A DNA stretch of 64,000 nt from Alphaproteobacteria bacterium (GCA_009694045.1 SHVY01000002.1:39491-103490); one strand, 5' to 3'. Positions 8,929 to 19,314 are shown, counted from the first letter of the stretch. The notes: a model not told the origin generated them from the letters alone. Translations and numbers: made by a program.

Positions 8929-10329
8929 ATGAGCAAGGCCAAGCGCGTGCGCGTGGAGACCGATTCGCTCGGACCGATCGACGTTCCCGGGGACCGCTAC
9001 TGGGGTGCCCAGACCCAGCGCAGCCTGGAGAACTTCAAGATCGGCGGCCAGCGCATGCCCGAGCCGCTGATCGCCGCCTTCGGCGTGTTGAAGCGGGCCG
9101 CCGCGCAGGTCAACCGCGACCTCGGCGTGCTCGATCCGAAGCTCTGCGCCGCCATCGCCAAGGCCGCCGACGAGGTGATCGACGGCCGCCTGATGGATCA
9201 TTTTCCCCTGGTGGTCTGGCAGACCGGCTCGGGAACCCAGACCAACATGAATGCCAACGAGGTGATCTCGAATCGGGCGATCGAGCTCTTGGGCGGTGTC
9301 GTCGGCTCGAAGGCGCCCGTCCATCCCAACGATCACGTCAACATGGGGCAATCGTCCAACGACAGCTTCCCGACAGCGATGCACATCGCGTCGGCAGTCG
9401 AGATCAAGTCCCGGCTTCTGCCGGCGCTCGCCAAACTGCATCGGGCGGTCGCCGCCAAGGCGAAGGCGTTCGCCAAGATCATCAAGATCGGCCGCACCCA
9501 CCTGCAGGACGCGACGCCGCTCACCCTCGGCCAGGAGTTCTCGGGCTACGCCAAGCAGATCGAGTTCGGCATTGCCAGGGTGGAAGCCGTCATGCCCCGA
9601 CTGCTGCGCCTCGCCCAAGGCGGCACCGCCGTCGGCACCGGGCTCAACGCGAAGAAGGGCTTCGACGTGAAGTTCGCGCGCGAGGTCGCCCGTCTCACCA
9701 AGCTGCCGTTCAAGACAGCCGACAACAAGTTCGAGGCCATGGCCGCCCACGACGCCATCGTCGAGGCGTCCGGCGCGCTCAATGTCCTCGCCGTGTCCCT
9801 CAACAAGATCGCCAACGACATCCGCCTCCTGGGCTCGGGCCCACGCTGCGGCATCGGCGAATTGATCTTGCCGGAGAACGAGCCGGGTTCGTCGATCATG
9901 CCGGGCAAGGTCAATCCGACCCAGTGCGAGGCGCTGACCATGGTCTGCGCCCAGGTCATGGGCAACCACGTCGCCATCACCATCGGCGGCGCGCAAGGGC
10001 ACTTCGAGTTGAACGTGTTCAAGCCGGTGATGATCCACAACCTGCTGCAATCGATTCGCCTGATCGCGGACTCGTCGGTCAGCTTCACCGACAACTGCAT
10101 GGTCGGCATCAAGGCGGACGTCGCCCGCATCAACCGCCTGCGCGACGACTCGCTCATGCTGGTGACGGCGCTCAACCCCTACATCGGCTACGACAAGGCG
10201 GCGAAGGCAGCGAAGAAAGCCCACGCGGAGGGCACAACCCTCAAGAGCGCGGCCCTGTCCCTGGGCTACCTGACGGCCGCGCAGTTCGATCAGTGGGTCC
10301 GCCCGGAGAAGATGATCGGGCCTAGGTAG
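8929..10329 (+). CDS. fumC: Fumarate hydratase class II
   Basis: [15 protein letters not shown] signature; full-length 466 aa; TAG stop. Confidence 0.95.
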   Translation: MSKAKRVRVETDSLGPIDVPGDRYWGAQTQRSLENFKIGGQRMPEPLIAAFGVLKRAAAQVNRDLGVLDPKLCAAIAKAADEVIDGRLMDHFPLVVWQTGSGTQTNMNANEVISNRAIELLGGVVGSKAPVHPNDHVNMGQSSNDSFPTAMHIASAVEIKSRLLPALAKLHRAVAAKAKAFAKIIKIGRTHLQDATPLTLGQEFSGYAKQIEFGIARVEAVMPRLLRLAQGGTAVGTGLNAKKGFDVKFAREVARLTKLPFKTADNKFEAMAAHDAIVEASGALNVLAVSLNKIANDIRLLGSGPRCGIGELILPENEPGSSIMPGKVNPTQCEALTMVCAQVMGNHVAITIGGAQGHFELNVFKPVMIHNLLQSIRLIADSSVSFTDNCMVGIKADVARINRLRDDSLMLVTALNPYIGYDKAAKAAKKAHAEGTTLKSAALSLGYLTAAQFDQWVRPEKMIGPR

Positions 10330-10349
10330 CCGCGCCGCGGCGTTAACCT

Positions 10350-13300
10350 TCAGTTCTCATCCAGCAGCCCGTCGAGGAGGCCGTCGCTGTTGCCCTCCTC
10401 GACCGGGTCGTCCGCATCCACGGGCGGCAGCTCCTCCTCTTCGGGGGGCGGAACCTCTCCGTCCGATTGAACGGCGTCGTCTTGCGGGATCACGTCGGGC
10501 TCGGGCAACGGTTCGGTTTCCAGCGGCGGCGACTCGGTCTCGCCCTCCAAGGGAGGCTCCTCGGCGGCCGGCGCCTCACTGTCGGGCTCCGGCAAGATTT
10601 CGACATCGGCCGGGATCAGCTCCTCCAGCGGAAGTTCCTCGGCCGGCTCGGGCAACGCCGCCTCGGCCGGCGTCACCTCGCCCTCCGGCTCCGGAACACC
10701 GCCCTCCGTCGGCGCCGTCGCGGGGAGCGCGACACCCTCCCCCGCGGTCTCGCCCACGGTTTCCGAAGAAGCCGGCGCGTCCGCCGGAGCCAGCGTGCCA
10801 CCATCCAACAGAAGGGCCGGCACCTCCTCGCCGCTCTCGCCCCCCAGGAGCCCGAACGCAGCCGCACCCGACGCCAGCAGGTGGGCGGTCAGGGCGGCTG
10901 CGTCCCAGGTCGGGGTGGGCGTGTCGATCGGGCCTGACAGCGCGAACCCGATCGCCGGCAGATCGGCCTCCAGCTCCGCGTCACCCGCCATATCAAGCCG
11001 CCACGCCGGCAGGTCGATCTCGCCCCGGCCGCTGGCCGTCGCACCCGTCATGATGGCCCGCAGATCCTCGGTGCGCGCCACCCCTTGGCTGACGAGAAAG
11101 CTACCGGTGACGCTGGCGAAGGTCGTCTCCCCGCCCTCCAGGGCCGTGGCGATCAACGCGATCGCATCAACGGGCTGGCTTGCACTGCCCAAGCGGTCGG
11201 CGATCGCCCCTAGGTCGAAGCCCCGGAATCGTCCGTCTCGTATGGCCAGGTCGAATGACCCGTCCAGACCGCCGATCAGCTCCCGCTCGCTGTTGCCGCG
11301 ACCGCGCCCTTTCCAGCGCAAGCCGATGAGCCCCGACAGCTCGGGCATGCCGAGGGCACCGGCATCGGCATCGGTGAGGTCGAGCGCGAAGTCGATCGAG
11401 AGGGGTTGTTCCGCCGTGACGTGGCCTGCAAGATTCACGATACCGTCGAAGGTCCGCCCGGTGATCCGGTCGATCGTCAGAACCCCATCGGCAAGACCGA
11501 GGGCGATGGTCGCGTCTTCCAAGCCCTGGCCGCGGGCTTCGATCGCCGCGGCGCGCAAGTCCATGCGCCCATCGAACGTTCGCAAGGCGCTCAGATCGAT
11601 TGGCTCCGCCGACCATGGCTCGTCGACCGACCCGTCGGCGTCGCCGAGGATTGGATCAAGGTTCAATCGGTCGGCCGTCATGTCGGCTGTCAACAGGGGC
11701 CGCGGGCCATCGAGTCGGAGCGACGCCGCGCCCGCCAGGCGATTGGCGCCCAGGCCGATGACCAGGCCCGTCACCGCCGCCCCGCCTGGGTCGCCGCTGA
11801 CCAGGCCCGCCAGATCGAGGGGGCCTAGGGGTCCGGGCACGGTGCCCCCCAGGTGCGACACGAGGTCGCCCGCCTCGGGGTGTTTGACCGCCACCTCCGC
11901 GTTCCAGCGCATTCCGTCCGCGCCGAAGGCCAGGTCTCCCTTGGCCCGCGCCGTCGCGCCGATGGCCGCGAGCGTGGCGTCGAACGCAAACTTGTCGCCC
12001 GTCCCGCTGCAGGTGCCCTGCACCGCGACCGGCCCCAAGGCGCCGATCGACTCCGGCGCCAAGACGTCCGCGACCCGCAGCACTCGCGCCACGTCGCGCA
12101 GGGTGCCGGCGATCGTGACGTCGAACGCCGGGTTCGCCGCCGCGAGGGTCACCCTGCCCGCGACCGCGAGATCGCCGGCGGCCGCCGACGCATCCAGGGC
12201 GAGGTCGAATGTGTCGCGGCCACCCGTCACCGTTCCCTGGATGGTGGTCTTGCCTAACTCGCCCCAGCGCTGGGGTTGCGCCATGCCGGCAAGGGTCAGG
12301 ATGCCACCCAGGTCCGAAGTGCCGATCCGATAGGAGAGGTCGACGTGCCCGCCGATCGGATCGATGGTTCCGGTCACCGAAACGGCCGCGCCCGCCACAT
12401 CGACCACCACCAGCCGATCCAAGCGAACCCCAGTCCGGGCAAACCCGAACGCGGCGTCAACCCCGGTCAGGGTGACGCCCTGCAAGGTGGCCTGGGCCGC
12501 CGTCACCCTGACCTCCGCGTCCACATCCGGGACCGTGCCTGGCGCGTCGGACTGGGCCGGCAGGTAGGCGTCCAGGTTGATCTTGTCGGCGGCGATGGTC
12601 GCTTCGACGCGTGGGCGGGGTCCGGGCACGACGCTGATGGAACCGGTCAACCTGGTCTGGTCGATCCGCAGATCCATCGCGCTCAGGGCGATGAGATCCG
12701 GGCTCGCGACGAGATCGGCGCCGAGTCCGAGCCTGCGCAGACGATCCTCGGAGACGTCGGGCACGTCGACGGCCAGCCACGCGAGCAGGGACCGCAAGTC
12801 GTCCGACGCGGCTTCCACTCTTCCCGCGAAGCTCGGCACGCCCGACTCCGTCGCGACCACTCCCGACAGCGCGATGTCCGATCCCCCGGGCAGCAGGACC
12901 GAGGCTCGCTCGACCGTCAATCGTCCATCGCCCAGGTCGACCTTGATCCGGGCCTGCTGGATCACGCCGCCGCGCAAGGTCATGGCATCCACGGAAGCGT
13001 CCAGCGATCCGACGAGGCCCGTCGGCAATACCATCGCCCCCGATCCTGTCGTCGCCGCGTCCGCGTTGGGAACCAGCAAGGCATCAAGGTCCAGGAGGTT
13101 GATCGCCAGCACCGCATCGACCCGCAGCGGCGCTCCCGGCACGATCGTGGCCGCCCCGCGGGTCCGACTGTCGCCGAGGGCGACTTCCAGGTCGGTCACG
13201 GTGATCGCCTCGCCCGACGCGGTGATCACGCCCTTCGCCGCGAAGTTTCCGGTGACGTTCGGTCGCTCCGCCGCATTGGGGATCAGCGCCGCCATGACCT

Positions 13301-14042
13301 CGTCGATCGCGCCGGCCTTGACCTCCAGTTGTCCGCTCACCTCGGGGCGTTCGGCCAAACCCTCGAGGCTCCCGCTGAATGCGACGTTGGCCCCGCCGAC
13401 CGTGACGTCGAGGCCGACGGGGATCACCGCCTTCGCCAGATCTCCGATCCGCGCCTTGAACCCGAGGTCGATCCCGCCCGAGGCCAGGGTCCCCTCGGCC
13501 GCGAACGGGCCCGCGAGCGAGTCCATCGACGCCACGGCGTCGATCCGATCGGCCTGAAACGTGGTTCCCGCACCCGCGCTGCGAAAAATGAACGTGCCAT
13601 TGGTGATGGCCACATGATCCAGGGCGATGGGGAGTTGCCCGCGGCCATCCCCCGCCCCGGCGAACTCCCAGTTCGCCCGCCCATCCGCGAGGCGTTCCAG
13701 GGTCACCACGGGCTGGACCAAGGTCAGGCTGACGACTTGGAGCCGCCCGGCGAGCAGGGGTCGCAGTGCCAGTTCGGCATCGACCGAATCGAGCCTGACC
13801 ATGTCGGGCGCGGCGGCATCGGGCAAATTCCCGAGTCGCACGCGGGTGACCGTGACTCGCGGCGAGGGCAGCAGCGACAGGGCGATCGAACCGTCGATCG
13901 CCACGTCGCGCCCCGTCGCCTTCTTGACCTCGGATACGATCGCGTCTTTGTAGTCGTTGAGGTCCACGAGCGCGGGAATCGCCGCCAAAAGCGCCACGAT
14001 CAGAACCAGGAGCCCGCCCAAGCCAAAGAGCCACCACCGCAT
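10350..14042 (-). CDS. AsmA-family outer-membrane biogenesis protein (~1230 aa) with a ~150-aa acidic Pro/Glu-rich C-terminal tail
   Basis: N-terminal MRWWLFGLGGLLVLIVALLAAIPALVDLNDYKD signal-anchor followed by an AsmA-like region. ATG at 14042. The tail is composed of EPxxE/PExE repeats. Confidence 0.75.
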   Translation of the reverse strand: MRWWLFGLGGLLVLIVALLAAIPALVDLNDYKDAIVSEVKKATGRDVAIDGSIALSLLPSPRVTVTRVRLGNLPDAAAPDMVRLDSVDAELALRPLLAGRLQVVSLTLVQPVVTLERLADGRANWEFAGAGDGRGQLPIALDHVAITNGTFIFRSAGAGTTFQADRIDAVASMDSLAGPFAAEGTLASGGIDLGFKARIGDLAKAVIPVGLDVTVGGANVAFSGSLEGLAERPEVSGQLEVKAGAIDEVMAALIPNAAERPNVTGNFAAKGVITASGEAITVTDLEVALGDSRTRGAATIVPGAPLRVDAVLAINLLDLDALLVPNADAATTGSGAMVLPTGLVGSLDASVDAMTLRGGVIQQARIKVDLGDGRLTVERASVLLPGGSDIALSGVVATESGVPSFAGRVEAASDDLRSLLAWLAVDVPDVSEDRLRRLGLGADLVASPDLIALSAMDLRIDQTRLTGSISVVPGPRPRVEATIAADKINLDAYLPAQSDAPGTVPDVDAEVRVTAAQATLQGVTLTGVDAAFGFARTGVRLDRLVVVDVAGAAVSVTGTIDPIGGHVDLSYRIGTSDLGGILTLAGMAQPQRWGELGKTTIQGTVTGGRDTFDLALDASAAAGDLAVAGRVTLAAANPAFDVTIAGTLRDVARVLRVADVLAPESIGALGPVAVQGTCSGTGDKFAFDATLAAIGATARAKGDLAFGADGMRWNAEVAVKHPEAGDLVSHLGGTVPGPLGPLDLAGLVSGDPGGAAVTGLVIGLGANRLAGAASLRLDGPRPLLTADMTADRLNLDPILGDADGSVDEPWSAEPIDLSALRTFDGRMDLRAAAIEARGQGLEDATIALGLADGVLTIDRITGRTFDGIVNLAGHVTAEQPLSIDFALDLTDADAGALGMPELSGLIGLRWKGRGRGNSERELIGGLDGSFDLAIRDGRFRGFDLGAIADRLGSASQPVDAIALIATALEGGETTFASVTGSFLVSQGVARTEDLRAIMTGATASGRGEIDLPAWRLDMAGDAELEADLPAIGFALSGPIDTPTPTWDAAALTAHLLASGAAAFGLLGGESGEEVPALLLDGGTLAPADAPASSETVGETAGEGVALPATAPTEGGVPEPEGEVTPAEAALPEPAEELPLEELIPADVEILPEPDSEAPAAEEPPLEGETESPPLETEPLPEPDVIPQDDAVQSDGEVPPPEEEELPPVDADDPVEEGNSDGLLDGLLDEN

Positions 14043-14122
14043 GGATACCGCTTCTCTCGCTCCGCCGCGTTGGCGTTGAAGAATGTGCTGCGCTAATCTA
14101 GAAGACGAGGAGGATACGCGCG

Positions 14123-14311
14123 ATGGCCGATGTGATCGATCTCGCCACTTATCGGAATCGGCGCGAGGGATCGGCGGCACCGGGTCGGCGCCGTGGTCGG
14201 CCCTATCGCTACGACCCCGGCCTGCTCGCGGGCAAGGACCCCAAGGGCGGGAACACCGCGCCCCGAGGAAGACCCACGCCGACCGACGACAACCACAAGA
14301 CGCCCGCCTGA
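14123..14311 (+). CDS. Small basic ORF (62 aa), stop overlapping the uvrD ATG (TGATG)
   Basis: Strong GAGGAGGA RBS 8 nt upstream of the ATG. No recognisable homology; Arg/Pro/Gly-rich, which is also typical of GC-frame artefacts. Confidence 0.2.
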   Translation: MADVIDLATYRNRREGSAAPGRRRGRPYRYDPGLLAGKDPKGGNTAPRGRPTPTDDNHKTPA

Positions 14312-16521
14312 TGGCCGATCCGGCGTTCGCCGTCGCGGCCGTTGACCGCGACCAGCCCTATCTTTCCGGCCTGAATCCCGAGCAGAAGCGCGCGGTCCTC
14401 GCGACCGAGGGTCCCGTCCTCGTCCTGGCCGGCGCCGGCACCGGCAAGACCCGGGTCCTCACCACCCGGCTCGCCCACTTGGTGGCCAGCGGCAAGACGA
14501 CTCCCTTTGGCCTCCTGGCGGTGACCTTCACCAACAAGGCCGCGCGCGAGATGGCCGAACGGGTCGGCGCCCTGCTGGGCCGCCCGACCGAAGGGATGTG
14601 GATCGGCACCTTCCACGCCATTGCCGCCCGTATTCTCCGGCGTCACGCCGAGCTCGTCGGCCTGAAGTCGACCTTCACCATCCTCGATACCGACGATCAG
14701 ATCCGTCTGGTCAAGCAGGTGCTGGAAGCTCACGACATCGACGAGAAGCGCTGGCCGGCGCGCCTGGTGCTGTCGCTCATCGAGCGCTGGAAGGATCGCG
14801 GGCTCGGCCCCGACATGGTGCCGCGGGAGGACGATCAGAGCCTCGGGCCTCGCCGCGTGGTGGACCTGTATCGCGCCTACCAGGAGCGCCTGCTTACCCT
14901 CAACGCCGCCGATTTTAGCGACTTGCTGTTGCACTGCTTGCGCCTCTTCACCGCCCACCCGGACGTGCTCGGCGAGTATCAGAATCGGTTCCGCTACATT
15001 CTGGTGGACGAATACCAGGACAGCAACGTCGCCCAGCACCTATGGCTTCGCCTGCTCGCCCAGGCCCACCGCAACCTGGCCTGCGTCGGCGACGACGACC
15101 AGTCGATCTACGGCTGGCGCGGGGCCGAGGTCGGCAACATCCTGCGCTTCGAGCGCGATTTCGCCGGCGCCGAAGTGATCCGGCTGGAGCGCAATTATCG
15201 CTCCACCGGCCACATCCTGGGCGCCGCCGCCGGCCTCATCGCCCACAACGCGGGCCGCCTCGGCAAGACCCTTTGGACCGAAGGCGATGCCGGGGAGAAG
15301 GTCACGATCCGCGGCGTGTGGGACGAGACCGAGGAGGCCCGTCAGGTCGGCGAGGAGATCGAAGCCGGCCACCGCGCCGGGGCGGCCTTGGCGTCGTTCG
15401 CGATCCTCGTGCGGACCGGGGCCCAGACCCGCGCCTTCGAGGAGCGGCTGATCACCATCGCCGTGCCCTACCGCGTGGTGGGCGGCTTGCGGTTCTACGA
15501 ACGGCAGGAAATCCGCGACGCCATCGCCTATCTCCGGGTGATCGCCCAGCCCGACGACGACCTCGCCTTCGAGCGCATCTACAACACCCCGCGCCGCGGT
15601 CTCGGCGATTCGGCGCTCGCGGTCCTGCATACCATCGGCCGGGCCCGGGTCTGCTCCCTTTCCCGCGCCGCCGAGATCGTGGTCGAGACCGACGAGCTCA
15701 GCCCGCAACGGCGCACCTCCCTGCGCCGCCTGGTCGAGAGCTTCCGCCGGTGGCGCGGGGCCGCCGAGAGCATCCCCGCCGCCGAAGTGGCGGCACTGGT
15801 GCTCGAGGAATCCGGCTACACCGCCATGCTTCAGGCCGACAAGTCGCCGACCGCGCCTGGTCGTCTCGAGAACCTGCAGGAGCTGGTCCGCGCCGTCGCC
15901 GAGTTCGCGCGCCTGGCGGAGTTCCTCGAGCATGTGAGCCTGGTGATGGATGCCGCCACCGGCAACGGCGCCGACATGGTCAACATCATGACCGTGCACG
16001 GTGCCAAGGGATTGGAGTTCCACACCGTCTTCCTGCCCGGCTGGGAGGACGGCATCTTCCCCCACCAGATGGCGCTCGACGAGAAGGGCAACGCCGGCCT
16101 CGAGGAGGAACGCCGCCTCGCCCATGTGGCGCTGACCCGGGCAAAGGTGCGGGCGCGGCTGTACTTCGCCGGCCGCCGCCTGGTCCACGGCCAATGGCAG
16201 ACGAACCTGCCCTCGCGCTTCCTCGCCGAGCTGCCGGCCGAACATGTGGAGCGCCAGGACTCCTTCGGCCAGACGCTCGGGAACGCCGGCCGTCCCAATC
16301 ACGGTATGCGGCGCGGCGACCACCACCGGGTGATCGCGGCGCCGGCGCCGATCGCCTACCAGCTCAATCCCGCTGCCGATGGCTTCCTGCCCGGAAACCG
16401 GGTGTTCCACCAGAAGTTCGGCTACGGCCGGGTGCGCGCGGCCGAAGGCAACCGGCTCGACATCGTCTTCGACAAGGCCGGCGAGAAGAAGGTGATGGCC
16501 GAGTTCGTCCAGAAGGCGTGA
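14311..16521 (+). CDS. uvrD: ATP-dependent DNA helicase, UvrD/Rep/PcrA family
   Basis: LNPEQKRAVLATEGPVLVLAGAGTGKTRVL Walker A plus the full set of UvrD helicase motifs. The start is the internal ATG at 14311. Confidence 0.9.
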   Translation: MADPAFAVAAVDRDQPYLSGLNPEQKRAVLATEGPVLVLAGAGTGKTRVLTTRLAHLVASGKTTPFGLLAVTFTNKAAREMAERVGALLGRPTEGMWIGTFHAIAARILRRHAELVGLKSTFTILDTDDQIRLVKQVLEAHDIDEKRWPARLVLSLIERWKDRGLGPDMVPREDDQSLGPRRVVDLYRAYQERLLTLNAADFSDLLLHCLRLFTAHPDVLGEYQNRFRYILVDEYQDSNVAQHLWLRLLAQAHRNLACVGDDDQSIYGWRGAEVGNILRFERDFAGAEVIRLERNYRSTGHILGAAAGLIAHNAGRLGKTLWTEGDAGEKVTIRGVWDETEEARQVGEEIEAGHRAGAALASFAILVRTGAQTRAFEERLITIAVPYRVVGGLRFYERQEIRDAIAYLRVIAQPDDDLAFERIYNTPRRGLGDSALAVLHTIGRARVCSLSRAAEIVVETDELSPQRRTSLRRLVESFRRWRGAAESIPAAEVAALVLEESGYTAMLQADKSPTAPGRLENLQELVRAVAEFARLAEFLEHVSLVMDAATGNGADMVNIMTVHGAKGLEFHTVFLPGWEDGIFPHQMALDEKGNAGLEEERRLAHVALTRAKVRARLYFAGRRLVHGQWQTNLPSRFLAELPAEHVERQDSFGQTLGNAGRPNHGMRRGDHHRVIAAPAPIAYQLNPAADGFLPGNRVFHQKFGYGRVRAAEGNRLDIVFDKAGEKKVMAEFVQKA

Positions 16522-17393
16522 GCGCGCTCTGGCGGATGACGCTCGCCTGCCCGGCCGCGGCGGTCGCTGCCCTGGTCGATGCCCTCGACGACGGCGTGGG
16601 CACCCTTGCGTCCTATCCCGACGCCGCCCCCGGTCGCTGGCGGATCGAGGCGATCCTGCCCTGCGCGCCGCAACGGGTGGCGATCGAAACGCGCCTCGCC
16701 CTCATCGCCGCGGCCCTCGGCATCGATCCGCCGCCCCTGACGATCGAGCCCCTCGCCGACGTGGATTGGCTCGCCCGCAACCGCGCGAGCTTCCCGCCCA
16801 TCGCCGTTGGCCCGTTCGTCGTGCATGGCGAGGGCGGGAGCGCGACGGGGCGCATCCCGATCCGCATCGACGCGGCCACCGCCTTCGGCACCGGCGAACA
16901 CGCGACGACGCGGGGCTGCCTCCTCGCCCTCGCGGTCGCGGTCCGGCACCGCCGCATCGCCCGCGCCCTCGATGTCGGAACCGGCTCCGGCGTCCTCGCG
17001 ATCGCCGCGGCAAGGCTCTGCCGTGCCCGGGTCCTGGCGGTCGACATCGATCCCGAATCGGTTATGGTCGCCCGACGCCACGTCCGCGTCAACGGGGTGG
17101 CCGACCTGGTGCGCGTGGCGCGCTCCGACGGCTACCGCGCAGCCCTGGTGGCGCGTGGTGCGCCTTACGATCTGGTGCTGGCGAACATCCTCGCCCGGCC
17201 CCTCGCCGCCATGGCCCTGGACCTCGCGCGGGTTCTGGCGCGCGGCGGTGTCGCGATCCTGTCGGGTCTTCTGATCGAGCAGGAGCCCTGGGTGCTGTGG
17301 CCGCAGCGGGCGCAAGGTCTCGCCCTCGCCCGCCGCTGGCGAATCGACGGCTGGTCGACCCTGCTGCTGACCCGGCGGGCCCCTAACCGCTGA
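16518..17393 (+). CDS. prmA: Ribosomal protein L11 methyltransferase
   Basis: PrmA-like sequence with SAM motif LDVGTGSGVLAIAA. GTG at 16518 overlaps the uvrD stop (GTGA); an alternative ATG lies at 16536. Confidence 0.7.
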   Translation: MSALWRMTLACPAAAVAALVDALDDGVGTLASYPDAAPGRWRIEAILPCAPQRVAIETRLALIAAALGIDPPPLTIEPLADVDWLARNRASFPPIAVGPFVVHGEGGSATGRIPIRIDAATAFGTGEHATTRGCLLALAVAVRHRRIARALDVGTGSGVLAIAAARLCRARVLAVDIDPESVMVARRHVRVNGVADLVRVARSDGYRAALVARGAPYDLVLANILARPLAAMALDLARVLARGGVAILSGLLIEQEPWVLWPQRAQGLALARRWRIDGWSTLLLTRRAPNR

Positions 17394-18516
17394 CCGGGTA
17401 GCCCATCGCCCGAGCCCACAGCATCTGGACCTGATGCACTCCGTGCTCGCTGATCTCGGTCATGTCGCGGTCGACGATGAACCGACCCCGGCTATAGCCT
17501 CGCGACCGCAGGCCGCGCTGCACCGCCTCGCAGATTCCCTTGTCTTCCCGCCACAGGGTATTGCCGCCGTAGTTCCGCCGCTCCTCGTTGATCGGCGCGC
17601 CGGGCCGCCGCAGGACCTCGTTGATCGTGCGGGTCGTCCCGACCTCGACCGGCTCGAACCGGAAGGCGACCATCTGCGCCTCGCCGGGCAGGACGTTCAG
17701 GGTGGTGTTGGGCCACAAGTACCAGAAGTCAACGCGCTGCGAGGAATCGTCGCGGCTGAACCGATACGCCCGGTTGTCGGGGTTCCCAGCCCGGCTCAGG
17801 CTGCTGATCCAGGTGTCGTGATTGGTGACCCGGTAGCTCTTGATGTCGACCAGGTCGACGAACGCCGGGTGCGCGGGCGCGCAGTGGTAGCACTCCATGC
17901 AGTTCTCGGCGAGCACCTTCCAGTTCGCCATCAGGTCGGCCGGCGGCGGCGCCGCGAGGTCGGGTCCGGCCGGGCCGGCATAGGCGAGCTCGGCCAGGAA
18001 CGGCACGTGTGCGGCGATCTCCTCGGCGAGGCCCGGATAGGTCTCGGCGATCGCCGCGGCCCCCAGGTCCAGGTTGACGAAATAGAAATCGAGCAGGCGG
18101 TCGACCTTCACCGGTTTCAGGCAGAACGCGCCGCCGTCGAACCCGGCGACGTTCTCGCTGCCCCGGGCACTCCTGAGCCGTCTATCGGCATGGTACGACT
18201 AGGCGTGATAGGGGCAGGTTATGACCTTGGCCCGGCCGCTGCCGCGCAGCAGTTCGTGGGCGCGATGCTGGCAAACGTTGTGGAACCCGCGCACCTCGCC
18301 GTCCTTGCCGCGGATCAGGAACACGCCTTCGCCGACCAGCCAGGTGGCGACGTAGGCGCCGATCTCCGCCAGGCGGCTGGCGTGGGTCACGTACTGCCAG
18401 GATCGGGCGAAGATCTTATCCTTCTCCTCGGCCAGGATCGCGGGGTCGGTGTAGACGCGGCCGGGCAAGGTATGCGCCCGCCGTGGATCGGCGATCAGGG
18501 GCTCGGTGTGGTTCAT
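17383..18516 (-). pseudogene. Rieske (2Fe-2S) ring-hydroxylating oxygenase alpha subunit interrupted by one in-frame TAG (18199-18201) at the Trp of the CPYHGW motif
   Basis: ORFs 18199..18516 and 17383..18111 are in the same frame. CQHRAHELL...CPYHA-TAG-SYHADRRL aligns with CRYHTWTYNLDGSL of the intact paralog at 19400..20596. Confidence 0.7.
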
Positions 18517-18562
18517 GCCCCATTATCACCGCGAATCGAGACCCTGCCAACCGCGCCGGGAC

Positions 18563-19314
18563 TCAAGCACGCACCCAGCGCACCTCGGTGTTGATCGAAC
18601 CATCGGACTCGAGCGTCATCGTCCGGTACCCGGGGCAATCCTCGATGTACGCCAGCGCCCCCGGTTCCAGATCGAACTGGGCCGCGGTCGACGGCGTGCC
18701 CATCAACCTGACGCCGCGGCGCAGCGCATCGACGGCCGCGTGGGCGTGGCCCCAGGCGAGACCACGCACATGGGCGTGGCGATCGATCACCCGGAACAGC
18801 CGGCTCCATCGGCCAGCGGGCAATAGTCCGCGCCGCTCCCCATCTGGATCGGATTGTGATGCAGGCAGATCAGCACCGGCTTCGTCGTCTGCCGGGCCAG
18901 CGTCCGGTCCAACGCGCCCAACCGTTCGGGGCCGAGGTGGCCGTGGTTCTGTCCCGGGATCGTGGTGTCGAGGAACAGGATGCGCCAGCCGCCAGCCGGC
19001 CACAGCGGCTCCGCCCGGATGGTACCGCCCGCGAGGCTCCGCGGCATGGCGGCGGGGTCGTCATGATTCCCCGGCAGGGCGAAGACCGGGACCTCCAGCC
19101 CCACGAGGATGGGGCGCAGACGGCGATAGGCCTCGAGGGAACCATCGGCCACCAGATCGCCGGTCGCCAGGACCGCGTCCGGCGGCCAATCCCCTGCCCT
19201 GGCATGGGCCACGACCCGGCCAAGGGTGGCCAGCGGGTCGACGTCCAGAACGCGTTCGCCCACCCGCGCGGTCAGGTGGCAGTCGCTGATCTGAACCAGG
19301 CGCAATGCAGCCAT
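18563..19314 (-). pseudogene. Metallophosphoesterase (CpdA-like cyclic-nucleotide phosphodiesterase) with a 1-nt frameshift near 18793-18806
   Basis: The N-terminal part (..GNHDD..ICLHHNPIQMGS..LADGAG) is in one frame. The C-terminal part (RLFRVIDRHAHVRGLAWGHAH...PSTAAQFDL...PGYRTMTLESDGSINTEVRWV) is in the +1 frame. Confidence 0.6.

Noticed and set aside
10330-10349. The palindrome CGCCGCGGCG between fumC and the AsmA gene as a terminator
   Set aside because: The stem is only 5 bp per arm with no loop or U-tract, so it is too weak to call.
18199-18201. In-frame TAG codons interpreted as pyrrolysine or other programmed recoding
   Set aside because: fumC (10327-10329) and ampG (62130-62132) use TAG as ordinary stops. 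No pylTSBCD-like genes or methylamine methyltransferase context are in the window. The disrupted genes are unrelated accessory genes, so pseudogenisation or base-call error is the simpler explanation. Suppression cannot be excluded from sequence alone.
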